Positions 50,669 through 60,168 of a DNA stretch of 64,000 nucleotides are shown here, piece after piece; positions within the stretch are counted from its first letter, which is position 1, and every line of letters starts with the position of its first letter. A program made the translations under genes and the position numbers. Source of the DNA: Alphaproteobacteria bacterium (GTDB lineage Bacteria > Pseudomonadota > Alphaproteobacteria > Rickettsiales > SXRF01); assembly GCA_039808985.1 (NCBI GenBank), contig JBDHUC010000007.1, forward strand, positions 5,128-69,127. Reading direction: 5' to 3'. The notes beneath the pieces are model-generated. The model saw only the letters and a list, made by a program, of their open reading frames with translations. It did not search any database and had not been told where the DNA came from.

Positions 50669-51766
50669 CTAATGCAATGTGCGTTGCTGCGCGTGGCTTT
50701 TCTCTGCTTCCAGGCGCTCAACAAAAGACCTGGCAGGAGCAGGATTATCATATTCAACCGTATTTTTTACAGGCTTTGCAGTTGTTTCAGCGTATGCTAC
50801 TTCCTGCTGTTTTATCTTATGCATACGTTCTCCTACACCGCGCAGAGCCGTACGTGCCTTACCAATAAGGCTTAAATTCTGTTTAACTGAATTAGGGGCA
50901 ACACCCGAATGCCTGCCTTCAACCATGAAGGCCAGTTCCGATACTTTAACCACCCCTGAATTTAGATTTTCGGTTATGTGCCTGCTTGGGACATATTGTT
51001 CCATGGCATCTGCAACTACGCGTTTTTCCTGAACCGATAGCTTATCATATTGCTTTCCATAATGGCTGACTACGAATTCGCCAAGCTCTTTATCGGCGCT
51101 TATAAAAACAGCCAGTACCTGTTCACGCCCCAGCACCCTGCCTTTTCTATGTTCCTTGGCTAATCCGGCGATGCGCTCATGAGTGGTTTCATTATTCAGA
51201 TTAAATATTTTTTTTGCAGCATTTTTTATTGGCACTTCAATAGCCCGGTGAATTGAATATCCTGCAAATGCCTTGATTAAGAACCCACCAACCCCGGTAA
51301 GTGACAGGCCAGCGGCAGATGTTCCTATGATGGCTGGTATGGCAGATATAATGGCAAGGGTTCCAAGAATCGAGGCAGCGGTAACCAGCATGCCAATATT
51401 ACGGCGCTTTTTAAGCTTCTGCAGCTCTTCTGCAATCGTTTTATTTGCAGCTATATCACGCCCTTCATCGCCCCTGGCGACAGCAAATGTGTCCTTATCT
51501 TTCAGCTTGTCTTTCGGCTTTCCTGTCTGCGCTGCAATTTCATCTTTATACATTTCGCGGAGCGAAGCCAGCTTACGCTGATATGCGGATTGGTTGATAA
51601 TAACACTTGCTGCTGCTGCAACACCCATACCAATTACTGAAGAAACACCTGCTGCAACGCCACCTGCGCCATTAGCAGCGGCATGTACAAGCTCCTTGGC
51701 GCCAAGGTTGCCTACCACGCCGCCTGCGCTTTCACTTAATGTTTCGTCTTCAGTCAATAATGACAC
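50669..51766 (-). CDS. hypothetical membrane protein with a bilobed hydrophobic hairpin
   Basis: No family recognised. A Gly/Ala-rich hydrophobic stretch plus a bilobed hydrophobic region of about 50 aa, followed by a hydrophilic domain of about 200 aa. AAGGAG lies 8 nt upstream of the GTG at 51766. The track ORF starts at a GTG at 51775. Confidence 0.6.
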   Translation of the reverse strand: MSLLTEDETLSESAGGVVGNLGAKELVHAAANGAGGVAAGVSSVIGMGVAAAASVIINQSAYQRKLASLREMYKDEIAAQTGKPKDKLKDKDTFAVARGDEGRDIAANKTIAEELQKLKKRRNIGMLVTAASILGTLAIISAIPAIIGTSAAGLSLTGVGGFLIKAFAGYSIHRAIEVPIKNAAKKIFNLNNETTHERIAGLAKEHRKGRVLGREQVLAVFISADKELGEFVVSHYGKQYDKLSVQEKRVVADAMEQYVPSRHITENLNSGVVKVSELAFMVEGRHSGVAPNSVKQNLSLIGKARTALRGVGERMHKIKQQEVAYAETTAKPVKNTVEYDNPAPARSFVERLEAEKSHAQQRTLH

Positions 51767-51841
51767 TAAAAGCACTCCTTTTTCATTATTTATTCTACAT
51801 GAAAAAGCTCAAAGAAATGTGACAATTCAATGAAAAGTTAA

Positions 51842-52399
51842 TTACGACAGGCCCATGGAAAGATATTCACGGGCATGTTTAACGTAATTTTCTGCCGAAA
51901 TAGGTATAAACCTTTGTTCTTCCTCGGTTAAATCCCGAAAATATTTGGCAGGGCTGCCAGCCCAGAGCTGGCCTTTAGGTATTCGTTTATTAGGCGTAAC
52001 CAAGGCACCGGCAGCAACCTGGGCACCTGACTCTACCACTACCCCATCCATTAATGTTGCTCTCATCCCGATAAAGCAGCCGTCTTCAAGGGTGCAGGCA
52101 TGAAGCAGCGCGGCATGGCCGATTGTAATATTTGAGCCAATAATTGTAGGCCCGGTTTTACGGGTAACATGTATTACCGTTCCATCCTGTATATTGGTAC
52201 TGCTGCCAATGCGCACATAATTCACATCACCGCGTACCACACAGCCAAACCATACGCCGGAGTCCTCTCCAATCTCAACATCACCGATAACAGATGCTCC
52301 CGGTGCGATAAACGCTTTTTCAGAAATGCGCGGCGAGATTCCATGCGGTGCGTATTCACCGCGATAAGGAAGGATAAGTGGTGATAATTTATCGCTCAT
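51842..52399 (-). CDS. gamma-carbonic-anhydrase-family / left-handed beta-helix (hexapeptide) protein
   Basis: Hexapeptide repeats: GDVEIGEDSGVWFGCVVRGDVNYVRIGSSTNIQDG. The start overlaps the argC stop (ATGA). Confidence 0.88.
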   Translation of the reverse strand: MSDKLSPLILPYRGEYAPHGISPRISEKAFIAPGASVIGDVEIGEDSGVWFGCVVRGDVNYVRIGSSTNIQDGTVIHVTRKTGPTIIGSNITIGHAALLHACTLEDGCFIGMRATLMDGVVVESGAQVAAGALVTPNKRIPKGQLWAGSPAKYFRDLTEEEQRFIPISAENYVKHAREYLSMGLS

Positions 52400-53442
52400 G
52401 GGAATACCGCCGTTAGTTCAAGGCCAGTTTTTTCAGGGAAACCAAACATCACATTCATATTCTGGATAGCCTGGCCGGATGCGCCTTTCACCAGATTATC
52501 AATTGCCGCAACAATTATTGCCCTGCCAGGCGCCCTGTCGGCAAATACATTTATTACGCAATCATTTGTTCCGCGCACTTCATGCGTTGAAGGGGTTATT
52601 CCTTCAGGAAGGATATGAACAAACTGTTCATTTGCATAGGATTCATTCAGTTTTTCGCGCAGGTCAGCGGTAGATTTTCCAGGGGCTAACTGCACATAGA
52701 TAGTTGATAATATTCCCCTGTTCATAGGAATAAGATGCGGGGTGAAGGTTACTGTAATTTCCTTACCATAAGCAAAGCTTAGATTCTGCTCAATTTCGGG
52801 GGCATGACGATGCGCTGCAATTCCATATGCCTTCATTCCGTCATTTATTTCAGTAAACAGATTATCCTGTTTTGCGCTGCGTCCTGCCCCTGTCACGCCA
52901 GACTTTGCATCAATTATAATATTTTCAGCGCTTATCAATCCAGATGCCAGAAGCGGCATCAAAGAAAGGCTGGAGCCTGTAGGGTAACAACCAGGATTTG
53001 CAACCAGCCTGGCATTTTTAACCTGCTTACGTGCCTGCTCGGTAAGGCCATAAACTGCGTTTTTCTGCAATTCCACTGCCTGATGTGCGTGGCCGTACCA
53101 CCTGGCATAGGTTTCCACATTATGCAGCCGGAAATCAGCCGACAGGTCAATTATACGCACATTCCCGGGCAAAGCTGCAATTATCGGCTGGGTGGTTCCA
53201 TGCGGCAGGCAACAGAACACCAGGTCAATTGCTGAAAAATCCACTTGTTCTATAGTAACAAGATTAGGAAGATTTTTAAAGCGCAGGTGTGGATATACAT
53301 CGCCGATATGCTTTCCTGCCTTTGAGTCGCCAGTCAAGGCAGAGAGGCTGGCGTAAGGATGGGTAAGCAGCAGACGGATAAGCTCTGCTCCAGTGTAGCC
53401 GCTTGCGCCCAGAATTGCTATATTTATTGATTTTGTTTCCAC
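52396..53442 (-). CDS. argC: N-acetyl-gamma-glutamyl-phosphate reductase
   Basis: GASGYTGAEL and the active-site motif NPGCYPT. GTG start. Confidence 0.95.
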   Translation of the reverse strand: METKSINIAILGASGYTGAELIRLLLTHPYASLSALTGDSKAGKHIGDVYPHLRFKNLPNLVTIEQVDFSAIDLVFCCLPHGTTQPIIAALPGNVRIIDLSADFRLHNVETYARWYGHAHQAVELQKNAVYGLTEQARKQVKNARLVANPGCYPTGSSLSLMPLLASGLISAENIIIDAKSGVTGAGRSAKQDNLFTEINDGMKAYGIAAHRHAPEIEQNLSFAYGKEITVTFTPHLIPMNRGILSTIYVQLAPGKSTADLREKLNESYANEQFVHILPEGITPSTHEVRGTNDCVINVFADRAPGRAIIVAAIDNLVKGASGQAIQNMNVMFGFPEKTGLELTAVFP

Positions 53443-53481
53443 AAAAGTTACCTGTCAACAATTGCTGGTTACCAGAAATAA

Positions 53482-53516
53482 TTACTAGCAACTGGCAACT
53501 GGTAACTAGTAACTGA
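53482..53516. repeat. five tandem imperfect heptamers (TTACTAG CAACTGG CAACTGG TAACTAG TAACTGA) in the rpsI-argC spacer
   Basis: Read directly from the sequence. The outer units also form a 7-bp inverted repeat, TTACTAG...CTAGTAA. A further palindrome, CTGGT-T-ACCAG, lies at 53465-53475. Confidence 0.7.
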
Positions 53517-53519
53517 CTA

Positions 53520-54017
53520 TTAGCGTTTCGAGAACTGGAAGCTACGGCGGGCTTTCTTATGGCCGTATTTTTTACGTTCAACAACGCGGCTGTCGCGGGT
53601 TAAGAAACCACCGGTGCGAAGCGCCTTGTGGAAAATTGTATCATATTCATCAAGCGCGCGGCTGATTCCATGGCGGATAGCGCCAGCCTGACCGGAAAGC
53701 CCACCACCAACAACGGTGCAGTTAACATCGAAATTACCTATGCGGTCAATTGCGCCAAATGGCTGGTTGATGATCATACGAAGTACCGGACGTGCGAAAT
53801 AAACAGCAAGGTCGCGGCCATTTACAGTTATTTTGCCGGTGCCACGCTTCAGGAAAACCCGCGCGATAGCATCTTTGCGGCGGCCAGTACCGTAGCAGAT
53901 AAGTTCTTTATCGTTAGCGCCAAAAGACTCTTTTTTTGCAGTCTTAGCCACTGCTTTTGCCGGTACTTTTGCGCCTGTTTTAGGGGCTGGGGATGCCTTT
54001 ACTGCTGCTTTAGCCAC
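53520..54017 (-). CDS. rpsI: 30S ribosomal protein S9 (with Lys/Ala-rich N-terminal extension)
   Basis: [19 protein letters not shown] and C-terminal [12 protein letters not shown]. Confidence 0.96.
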   Translation of the reverse strand: MAKAAVKASPAPKTGAKVPAKAVAKTAKKESFGANDKELICYGTGRRKDAIARVFLKRGTGKITVNGRDLAVYFARPVLRMIINQPFGAIDRIGNFDVNCTVVGGGLSGQAGAIRHGISRALDEYDTIFHKALRTGGFLTRDSRVVERKKYGHKKARRSFQFSKR

Positions 54018-54019
54018 GT

Positions 54020-54481
54020 TTACCTCTTATTCTTTGGATTTTTTGAAGCGAAATCATATATTTCTGGTTTTTGCGCTTCATGTGGATGATCTTTACCGCC
54101 ATAAACGCGAAGTTTGCCAAGCTGGTCACGCGCAAGAGGGCTTTCTTTAGGCATCATACGCTCAACAGCTTTTTCAATAACGCGCTGTGGAAACTGGCTG
54201 CCAAGTATAAATTCAGGAGTTGCGGTTTTAATACCACCCGGATGGCCGGTATGGCGATGATAGAGCTTATTGGTGCGCTTCTTACCAGTGAGCTTTACTT
54301 TTTCAGCATTTATCACAACCACATGGTCGCCAGTGTCGATATGCGGGGTAAAAATCGTTTTGTGCTTGCCACGAAGTATTTTCGCGATATTCGAAGCCAG
54401 ACGGCCAAGAACCACGCCTTCTGCGTCTATGATTAGCCACTTCTTTGTTACTTCTGACGGCTTTGCCGAGTAAGTATTCAT
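54020..54481 (-). CDS. rplM: 50S ribosomal protein L13
   Basis: [16 protein letters not shown] and [10 protein letters not shown]. The likely start is MNTYSAKP at 54481; the track ORF extends to 54490. Confidence 0.96.
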   Translation of the reverse strand: MNTYSAKPSEVTKKWLIIDAEGVVLGRLASNIAKILRGKHKTIFTPHIDTGDHVVVINAEKVKLTGKKRTNKLYHRHTGHPGGIKTATPEFILGSQFPQRVIEKAVERMMPKESPLARDQLGKLRVYGGKDHPHEAQKPEIYDFASKNPKNKR

Positions 54482-54613
54482 AAAAAACAATGCCTTAACT
54501 ATAAAATTTCTATATATTTAACAATAGCGAAGCCATCTTACGGACCTCGTATAGATTAAAAAGGAGCTGGAATTTATTGTAAGGTTACTGGCAAGTCAAT
54601 AGCTAAATTGCAA

Positions 54614-54704
54614 CTATAGCCGTTATGTATAAAAATTATACTTAATGACTATAAAAATCGAGGTAGAAAGCCCGATTTTACGCCGCGTAGCGGATATTAG
54701 AATC
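54614..54704 (-). repeat. dispersed repeat, copy B (reverse-complement orientation)
   Basis: The reverse complement reads GATTCTAATATCCGCTACGCGGCGTAAAATCGGGCTTTCTACCTCGATTTTTATAGTCATTAAGTATAATTTTTATACATAACGGCTATAG, matching 33671-33757. Confidence 0.7.
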
Positions 54705-54705
54705 G

Positions 54706-55152
54706 CTATTTAGTGGTAAAAACCTTAAACCGCATTCCCCCGAATATTGCATCCACCACATCAGCATCTCCAAGCGGCAACAGGCATTGGCGGTATTTAA
54801 CCACGTCATTATGCATATTCACAAATTCGCCCTCTTCCAGCAAAGGTGTATGGGTTTCGATTATCTTTGAATAGCTGGCAGCCAGTTTACTTGCATTAAG
54901 TGAGGCTATTCCGGTATTTTCCACGTCTATAAGCTCGCCTTGATATGCCCGCTTTATGGCATTTCCCAGATAAGTATAGTTATAGTCAGGCTTCGAAAGA
55001 TCCTTTACGTGTATAAGAAAACAGTAATCCCACAAATCCTGAAGGTCATCAGGGTCAATATCTGCTTCAGATGGCATTGGCTTATTTTTTCTAGCCTTTT
55101 CCCAGTAAGCCATTAAGCGAAGCGTGATGCGGCGTTCCGTTACATTTGTCAT
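54706..55152 (-). CDS. PAS_5 (DUF1457)-type PAS domain protein
   Basis: Start MTNVTERR at 55152. Contains LMAYWEK, MPSEADIDP, LLPLG and GGMRF, typical of the small alphaproteobacterial PAS_5 family. Confidence 0.7.
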   Translation of the reverse strand: MTNVTERRITLRLMAYWEKARKNKPMPSEADIDPDDLQDLWDYCFLIHVKDLSKPDYNYTYLGNAIKRAYQGELIDVENTGIASLNASKLAASYSKIIETHTPLLEEGEFVNMHNDVVKYRQCLLPLGDADVVDAIFGGMRFKVFTTK

Positions 55153-55242
55153 GGGAGTCCTAACTATGTGAATTATAATGGATATTACAATAGATGCTTT
55201 ATAATAACTATACCACAAACAGAGGCATTAATATAGTGGTTT

Positions 55243-55944
55243 TTAAGATATAATTTCGTTAAAACTGCTTAAATCTTCAATGGTTGACGATTTTTTAACT
55301 AATGCGCCGTTTTTAAGGCGCAATGTCGGATAATCAAAAAGAGAAATAAGGTTTTCATCATGGCTGGCAATTAAAACTGTTGTTCCTGTCTGGTTCAAGG
55401 CCTCAAACAGATACATGAAACGCTGCGCAAGGTCAGTATCAAGATTACCGGTAGGTTCATCAGCAAGCAAAATATCAGGCTTGGTTATCACCGCGCGCGC
55501 AATTGCCGCCCTTTGCTTCTGGCCGCCAGATAATGTCGGCGGCTTTGCGTTCTGATGTTCAGACAGTCCAATCCATTCTAACAGTTCAAGGGCCTTCGGA
55601 GTAATTTCAGCATCATCTTCTCCTGCAACCTTCAATGGCAACGAAACATTTTCCAGCACAGTTAAATGGTCAAGCAACCGATAATCCTGAAGCACGATTC
55701 CTATCCTGCGCCGCAGCCTTGGCAGCTCCTCCCTGGTCATGTTGGTTATATTTTCACCAAACATATGGAACTTTCCGGTTGTCGCCCTGCCCTGCAATGA
55801 AAGCAATGAGAGCAATGTGCTTTTTCCTGCTCCGCTTGCGCCGGTTAAAAAATGGAATGAGCCGCGTTCAAGCGTGAGAGATACATCTTTTAATATTGGT
55901 TGCCCCGGAGTATATTCCATAGCAATATGTTCTAATGTAATCAT
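55243..55944 (-). CDS. ftsE: cell-division ABC ATPase FtsE
   Basis: FLTGASGAGKSTLL, LPRLRRRIGIVLQDYRLL, LSGGQKQR, ADEPTGNLD. Confidence 0.88.
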   Translation of the reverse strand: MITLEHIAMEYTPGQPILKDVSLTLERGSFHFLTGASGAGKSTLLSLLSLQGRATTGKFHMFGENITNMTREELPRLRRRIGIVLQDYRLLDHLTVLENVSLPLKVAGEDDAEITPKALELLEWIGLSEHQNAKPPTLSGGQKQRAAIARAVITKPDILLADEPTGNLDTDLAQRFMYLFEALNQTGTTVLIASHDENLISLFDYPTLRLKNGALVKKSSTIEDLSSFNEIIS

Positions 55945-56028
55945 TCATTTATCACTTTTTATAATGCAAATATCTGTAGCAAATATCTGCGATATTGATA
56001 TGCTCAAAATAAAGATTATACGAGTAAT

Positions 56029-56691
56029 ATGATTTTACAATGTAAAAACTGCAATGCACGTTATCTTGTTCCCGACAATGCTATCGGGGCTGAAGGCAGG
56101 ACAGTGCGTTGCGCTCGCTGCCAGCATGAGTGGTTCGAGCCCCATCAGGACATAGAATCCGGTGAAATTTCTGAAACCAGAATCGAGGTCCCAGACTTAG
56201 ATACTATCATTGGAAGCATTAATGCAACAGCTTCGCCGATTCCTGAAGGTTCAAACCTTCCGGTGCACAGGGCCAGAACGCCTACAGGGCTTAAAGCCAT
56301 GGTTGCAATATGCGCTATCCTGATAGTAGCCCTGTCGTTATTTATAGTTAAACCGCGTTTGTTTGGCATAGTTCCCAGCAAGGGTATGGTATTTTCGGAT
56401 ATACAGATTCAAAAAGGCTCCGGCGATAATAGCAGCACAGTTGAAATCAGCGGCAATATTTTTAATACTTCTAATGTTGAAGGAAAAGTGCCTAATATCC
56501 GCGTAATATTGTTAGACAGCATGAACAATCCCATTCAATCATGGGAATTCAAGACAAACGGGGAAATGCTTAAAGCTGGCGCAACAATACCATTTACCAC
56601 CGGCGACCTGAATGTAAAATTCACCCTTGCAAAACGCTTCGTAATAGATATGGGAACGCCGATTGAGCTTGCGCTGCGGCGCAAACCATAA
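56029..56691 (+). CDS. MJ0042-type zinc-ribbon membrane protein (DUF3426-like C-terminus)
   Basis: CKNCNARYLVPDNAIGAEGRTVRCARCQHEW, one TM helix, and a beta-rich C-terminal domain. Divergent from ftsE, as in many alphaproteobacteria. Confidence 0.8.
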   Translation: MILQCKNCNARYLVPDNAIGAEGRTVRCARCQHEWFEPHQDIESGEISETRIEVPDLDTIIGSINATASPIPEGSNLPVHRARTPTGLKAMVAICAILIVALSLFIVKPRLFGIVPSKGMVFSDIQIQKGSGDNSSTVEISGNIFNTSNVEGKVPNIRVILLDSMNNPIQSWEFKTNGEMLKAGATIPFTTGDLNVKFTLAKRFVIDMGTPIELALRRKP

Positions 56692-57227
56692 TGCGGAAGC
56701 CGTCCGATATTGAGGTGTTGATAACTGCGCAGCAGATAACGCAGCGTGTAGAGAGTCTTGCCGGGGAAATATCCGGGGCTATGTCACCTGATATTATGAT
56801 AGTATCTCTGCTGCGTGGCAGCTTTGTGTTCACAGCCGACCTGATACGAGCGCTACATTTTTCCGGTGTGTGCCCTCAACTGGATTTTATGACTCTGGCC
56901 AGCTATGGCAACAATACATCTTCAAGCGGCAAGGTGCAGATAACCCGCGATATAATAGAGAGCGTCCAAGGGCGGGAGGTTCTTATAGTGGATGATATTT
57001 TAGAATCAGGGAACACCCTGACATTTGCGCGCAACACCATAAAAGAGCGCGGGGCAGCCGACATAAAAATTGCTGTTATGCTGGAAAAGCCCGGCAAGCG
57101 CAAAGTTGATATAGATGCTGATTTCGTTGGGTTTAAAATTCCCGATAAATTTGTGATAGGGTATGGGCTTGATTATGCAAATTACTACCGGGAATTACCA
57201 TTCATAGGCGCTATAAAAACTGAATAA
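56691..57227 (+). CDS. hpt: hypoxanthine phosphoribosyltransferase
   Basis: PRPP loop VLIVDDILESGNTL and FVIGYGLDY. Confidence 0.92.
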   Translation: MRKPSDIEVLITAQQITQRVESLAGEISGAMSPDIMIVSLLRGSFVFTADLIRALHFSGVCPQLDFMTLASYGNNTSSSGKVQITRDIIESVQGREVLIVDDILESGNTLTFARNTIKERGAADIKIAVMLEKPGKRKVDIDADFVGFKIPDKFVIGYGLDYANYYRELPFIGAIKTE

Positions 57228-57228
57228 A

Positions 57229-58488
57229 TCAAAGCCAGCCTGGGAGTTTATCACGCGCCAGCAAGTCATCATAACTCTGGCGTGGCCGTACCACTGAAAA
57301 GCCTTCACCTTTTACCATAACCTCGGCAACAAGTGGGCGCGCATTATATGTCCCGGCCATAACCGCACCATAAGCCCCCGCCGAACGGAACGCGATAAGA
57401 TCACCAGATTGCGGGACTTTCATAAGACGCTGCTCAGCAAAAATATCCCCGGTTTCACATACCGGCCCAACCACATCTACCATTTCAGTTGGGGCATCGC
57501 CGACAGGAGGAATAACCGGGATAATTTCATGATATGCATCATAAAGGGTTGGGCGGATAAGGTCATTCATCGCCGCATCAGCAATAACAAATATACGGTT
57601 TTCCCCCTTCTTTATGTAAAGCACTTTAGACACCAGTATCCCGGCATTGCCAACCAGCACCCTGCCCGGTTCGAATAACAGTTTAACCCCAAGCCCGGCG
57701 GTTTCGCGTTTGGCAATCTCCGCGTAAAATGCAGGTAGCGGCGGCTGTTCTTTTCCATAAGGGATTCCAAGGCCTCCACCTAAATCAAGCGTAGTAATTT
57801 TTATATTTTCGGCGCGAAGTTCATTTACAAAATTACGCAAATGGGCAAATGCCTGTGCGAAAGGTTCAAGCGTTGTAAGCTGAGATCCGATATGCACGGA
57901 GACCCCCTGCACTTCAATGCCATTCAGGGAATTAGCCTTGCGGTAGACATCCAGCGCATGACTCATTGCAATTCCGAATTTACTCTCTTTCTGCCCGGTG
58001 GAAATTTTTGCGTGGGTTTTTGCATCAACATCCGGGTTCACACGAATTGCTATAGGAGCTTTCTTGCCCATGGAAATAGCCACTTCATTCAAAAGCAGCA
58101 ACTCGGCTTCCGATTCAACATTAAACTGGAAAATGCCTTCCTCAAGCGCGTAGGACATTTCATCGGATGTTTTACCAACACCGGAAAAAACAATATTTTC
58201 TGCCCTTATCCCTGCTTTGCGTACCTTGCGTATTTCGCCTCCGGAAACCACATCCGCCCATGCCCCAAGCCTGGCAAATGTTGCCAGCACCGCAAGATTA
58301 TCGTTGGATTTAACTGCGAAGCAGATTTTCGCATCAATATCTGCAAACTGTGAGGAAAAAACTTTGTAATGATGTTCAAGCGTTGCCGAAGAATAGCAAT
58401 AAAAAGGCGTTCCTACTTTTTCTGCAATATCAGCAATTGCAACATCTTCAGCGTAATAAGCGCCATTTTTATAAGAAAAATGATCCAT
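57229..58488 (-). CDS. lysA: diaminopimelate decarboxylase
   Basis: PLP-lysine context FAVKSN, plus GGGLGIPY, EPGR and CETGD. Confidence 0.95.
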   Translation of the reverse strand: MDHFSYKNGAYYAEDVAIADIAEKVGTPFYCYSSATLEHHYKVFSSQFADIDAKICFAVKSNDNLAVLATFARLGAWADVVSGGEIRKVRKAGIRAENIVFSGVGKTSDEMSYALEEGIFQFNVESEAELLLLNEVAISMGKKAPIAIRVNPDVDAKTHAKISTGQKESKFGIAMSHALDVYRKANSLNGIEVQGVSVHIGSQLTTLEPFAQAFAHLRNFVNELRAENIKITTLDLGGGLGIPYGKEQPPLPAFYAEIAKRETAGLGVKLLFEPGRVLVGNAGILVSKVLYIKKGENRIFVIADAAMNDLIRPTLYDAYHEIIPVIPPVGDAPTEMVDVVGPVCETGDIFAEQRLMKVPQSGDLIAFRSAGAYGAVMAGTYNARPLVAEVMVKGEGFSVVRPRQSYDDLLARDKLPGWL

Positions 58489-58715
58489 TATTTTTTCTCC
58501 GCAGGGACTGATTCAGCATCAGTTTTTTCCATATCTTCCGTTGGGTCAGCCTGTTTTTTTTCGGCTTCAAGGGCTTTTTTTTCTTCTTCCTGCGCTTTTT
58601 TAGCTTCTATTTTCTGGATCTGCTCCGGCGTTTTAAGTTTGCCTTTAAGGCCGCATGCAGACATAGGGGCAGCCAGCAATAATAATATTATTATCCGAAA
58701 AATATTTAGCATCAC
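58488..58715 (-). CDS. small lipoprotein (LptM/YifL-like) between argH and lysA
   Basis: Lipobox PMSAC-G followed by a Lys/Glu-rich tail. It overlaps the argH stop and abuts the lysA start. Confidence 0.7.
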   Translation of the reverse strand: MMLNIFRIIILLLLAAPMSACGLKGKLKTPEQIQKIEAKKAQEEEKKALEAEKKQADPTEDMEKTDAESVPAEKK

Positions 58716-60148
58716 TTTATCCTTTTTTTTGCTTCTGCGACTGCTTTTTTAACATTCTCCGGCGAGGTTCCACCATAGCTTACACGGCTTTTTACAGAAT
58801 TTTCAACCCCAAGGACCTTATATACATCCTGCTTTATTTTAGATTCCACATTTTGCATTTCCTTAAGCGTCAGCTCTTCAAGGCCTTTCTTTTTATCGCT
58901 TGCTATTTTTACAAGCTTTGCTGTTATGTGGTGTGCATCGCGGAATGGTATTTTAAGCTCGCGCACCAGGTAATCGGCAAGGTCGGTAGCGGTTGAGTAA
59001 CCAGCCCCGGCTGCGGCCTTCATTTTCTCCTTATCAACTTTCAGGTCGCCAACCATGCCAGCCATCGCCTGCAGGCAAATCCCTATATTCTCTGCTGTAT
59101 CAAATACATTTTCCTTATCCTCTTGCATGTCCTTGTTATAGGCCAGCGGCAACGCCTTCATAGTGGTAAGCAATGCGATCAAATTACCAAATATCCGTCC
59201 TGATTTTCCGCGCACAAGTTCAGCGGCATCAGGGTTACGTTTTTGCGGCATTATGGAGCTTCCGGTTGAATAGGAATCGGAGAATCTTATAAATGAGAAT
59301 TGCGCGCTGGACCAATTAACCATTTCTTCTGCGAGGCGCGACAGGTGAACCGCGCATATTGCGCAAACCGACAAATAATCCAGTGCAAAATCACGATCAG
59401 AAACTGCATCAAGGGAGTTTGCCATTGGCCTTTCAAAACCAAGTGCCTTAGCAGTTGCAAAACGGTCAACAGGAAATGATGTCCCGGCAAGCGCGGCGGC
59501 GCCAAGAGGCGATTCATTCATGCGTTTACGCGCACCTAGGGCACGGCTGCGGTCACGTGAGAACATTTCAACATAAGCAAGAAGGTGGTGACCAAAAGTA
59601 ACCGGCTGCGCTGCCTGCAAATGTGTAAACCCCGGCATTATGGTAGCGGCATGCTCCCCTGCCCTGTCAATAAGCGCTGACTGTAAATTTTTAAGCAGGC
59701 CATCAAGGGCATCGAAAGCATCACGCACATAAAGGCGGAAATCAGTTGCCACCTGGTCATTGCGGGAGCGGGCAGTGTGCAATCTTCCTGCCTGCTCGCC
59801 AATACGTTCTTTAAGGGCCGCCTCTACGTTCATATGTATATCTTCAAGGCTATCTTTGAATTGGAACTTTCCGCCTTGAATATCGCGTAGAATATCTTTA
59901 AGTCCTGAAATTATTGATTTTGCATCGGCAGCCGTTATGATTTTTTGCTTTGCCAGCATATCAGCATGTGCAATAGAGCCTTCAATATCCTGCTTATAAA
60001 GCTTCTTGTCAAAACTTATAGATGCGTTAATCTTGTTCATAAGTTCGGATGGCGAACTGGTGAATTGTCCGCCCCACATCTGGTTAGCCTGCGCTTTGCC
60101 GGATTTTGTTCCTGTTACTTTATTTTTTGGCATTTTATAAAATTTCAA
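58712..60148 (-). CDS. argH: argininosuccinate lyase
   Basis: MWGGQF and the fumarate-lyase signature [12 protein letters not shown]. The start could also be 60133. Confidence 0.95.
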   Translation of the reverse strand: MKFYKMPKNKVTGTKSGKAQANQMWGGQFTSSPSELMNKINASISFDKKLYKQDIEGSIAHADMLAKQKIITAADAKSIISGLKDILRDIQGGKFQFKDSLEDIHMNVEAALKERIGEQAGRLHTARSRNDQVATDFRLYVRDAFDALDGLLKNLQSALIDRAGEHAATIMPGFTHLQAAQPVTFGHHLLAYVEMFSRDRSRALGARKRMNESPLGAAALAGTSFPVDRFATAKALGFERPMANSLDAVSDRDFALDYLSVCAICAVHLSRLAEEMVNWSSAQFSFIRFSDSYSTGSSIMPQKRNPDAAELVRGKSGRIFGNLIALLTTMKALPLAYNKDMQEDKENVFDTAENIGICLQAMAGMVGDLKVDKEKMKAAAGAGYSTATDLADYLVRELKIPFRDAHHITAKLVKIASDKKKGLEELTLKEMQNVESKIKQDVYKVLGVENSVKSRVSYGGTSPENVKKAVAEAKKRIK

Positions 60149-60168
60149 CCCTGAGCAAATATAAATTT

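Noticed and set aside
53520-54017. Lys/Ala-rich ~30-aa N-terminal extension on ribosomal protein S9
   Set aside because: Similar histone-H1-like extensions occur on S9 in other alphaproteobacteria. It is not evidence of a fusion or mis-annotation.
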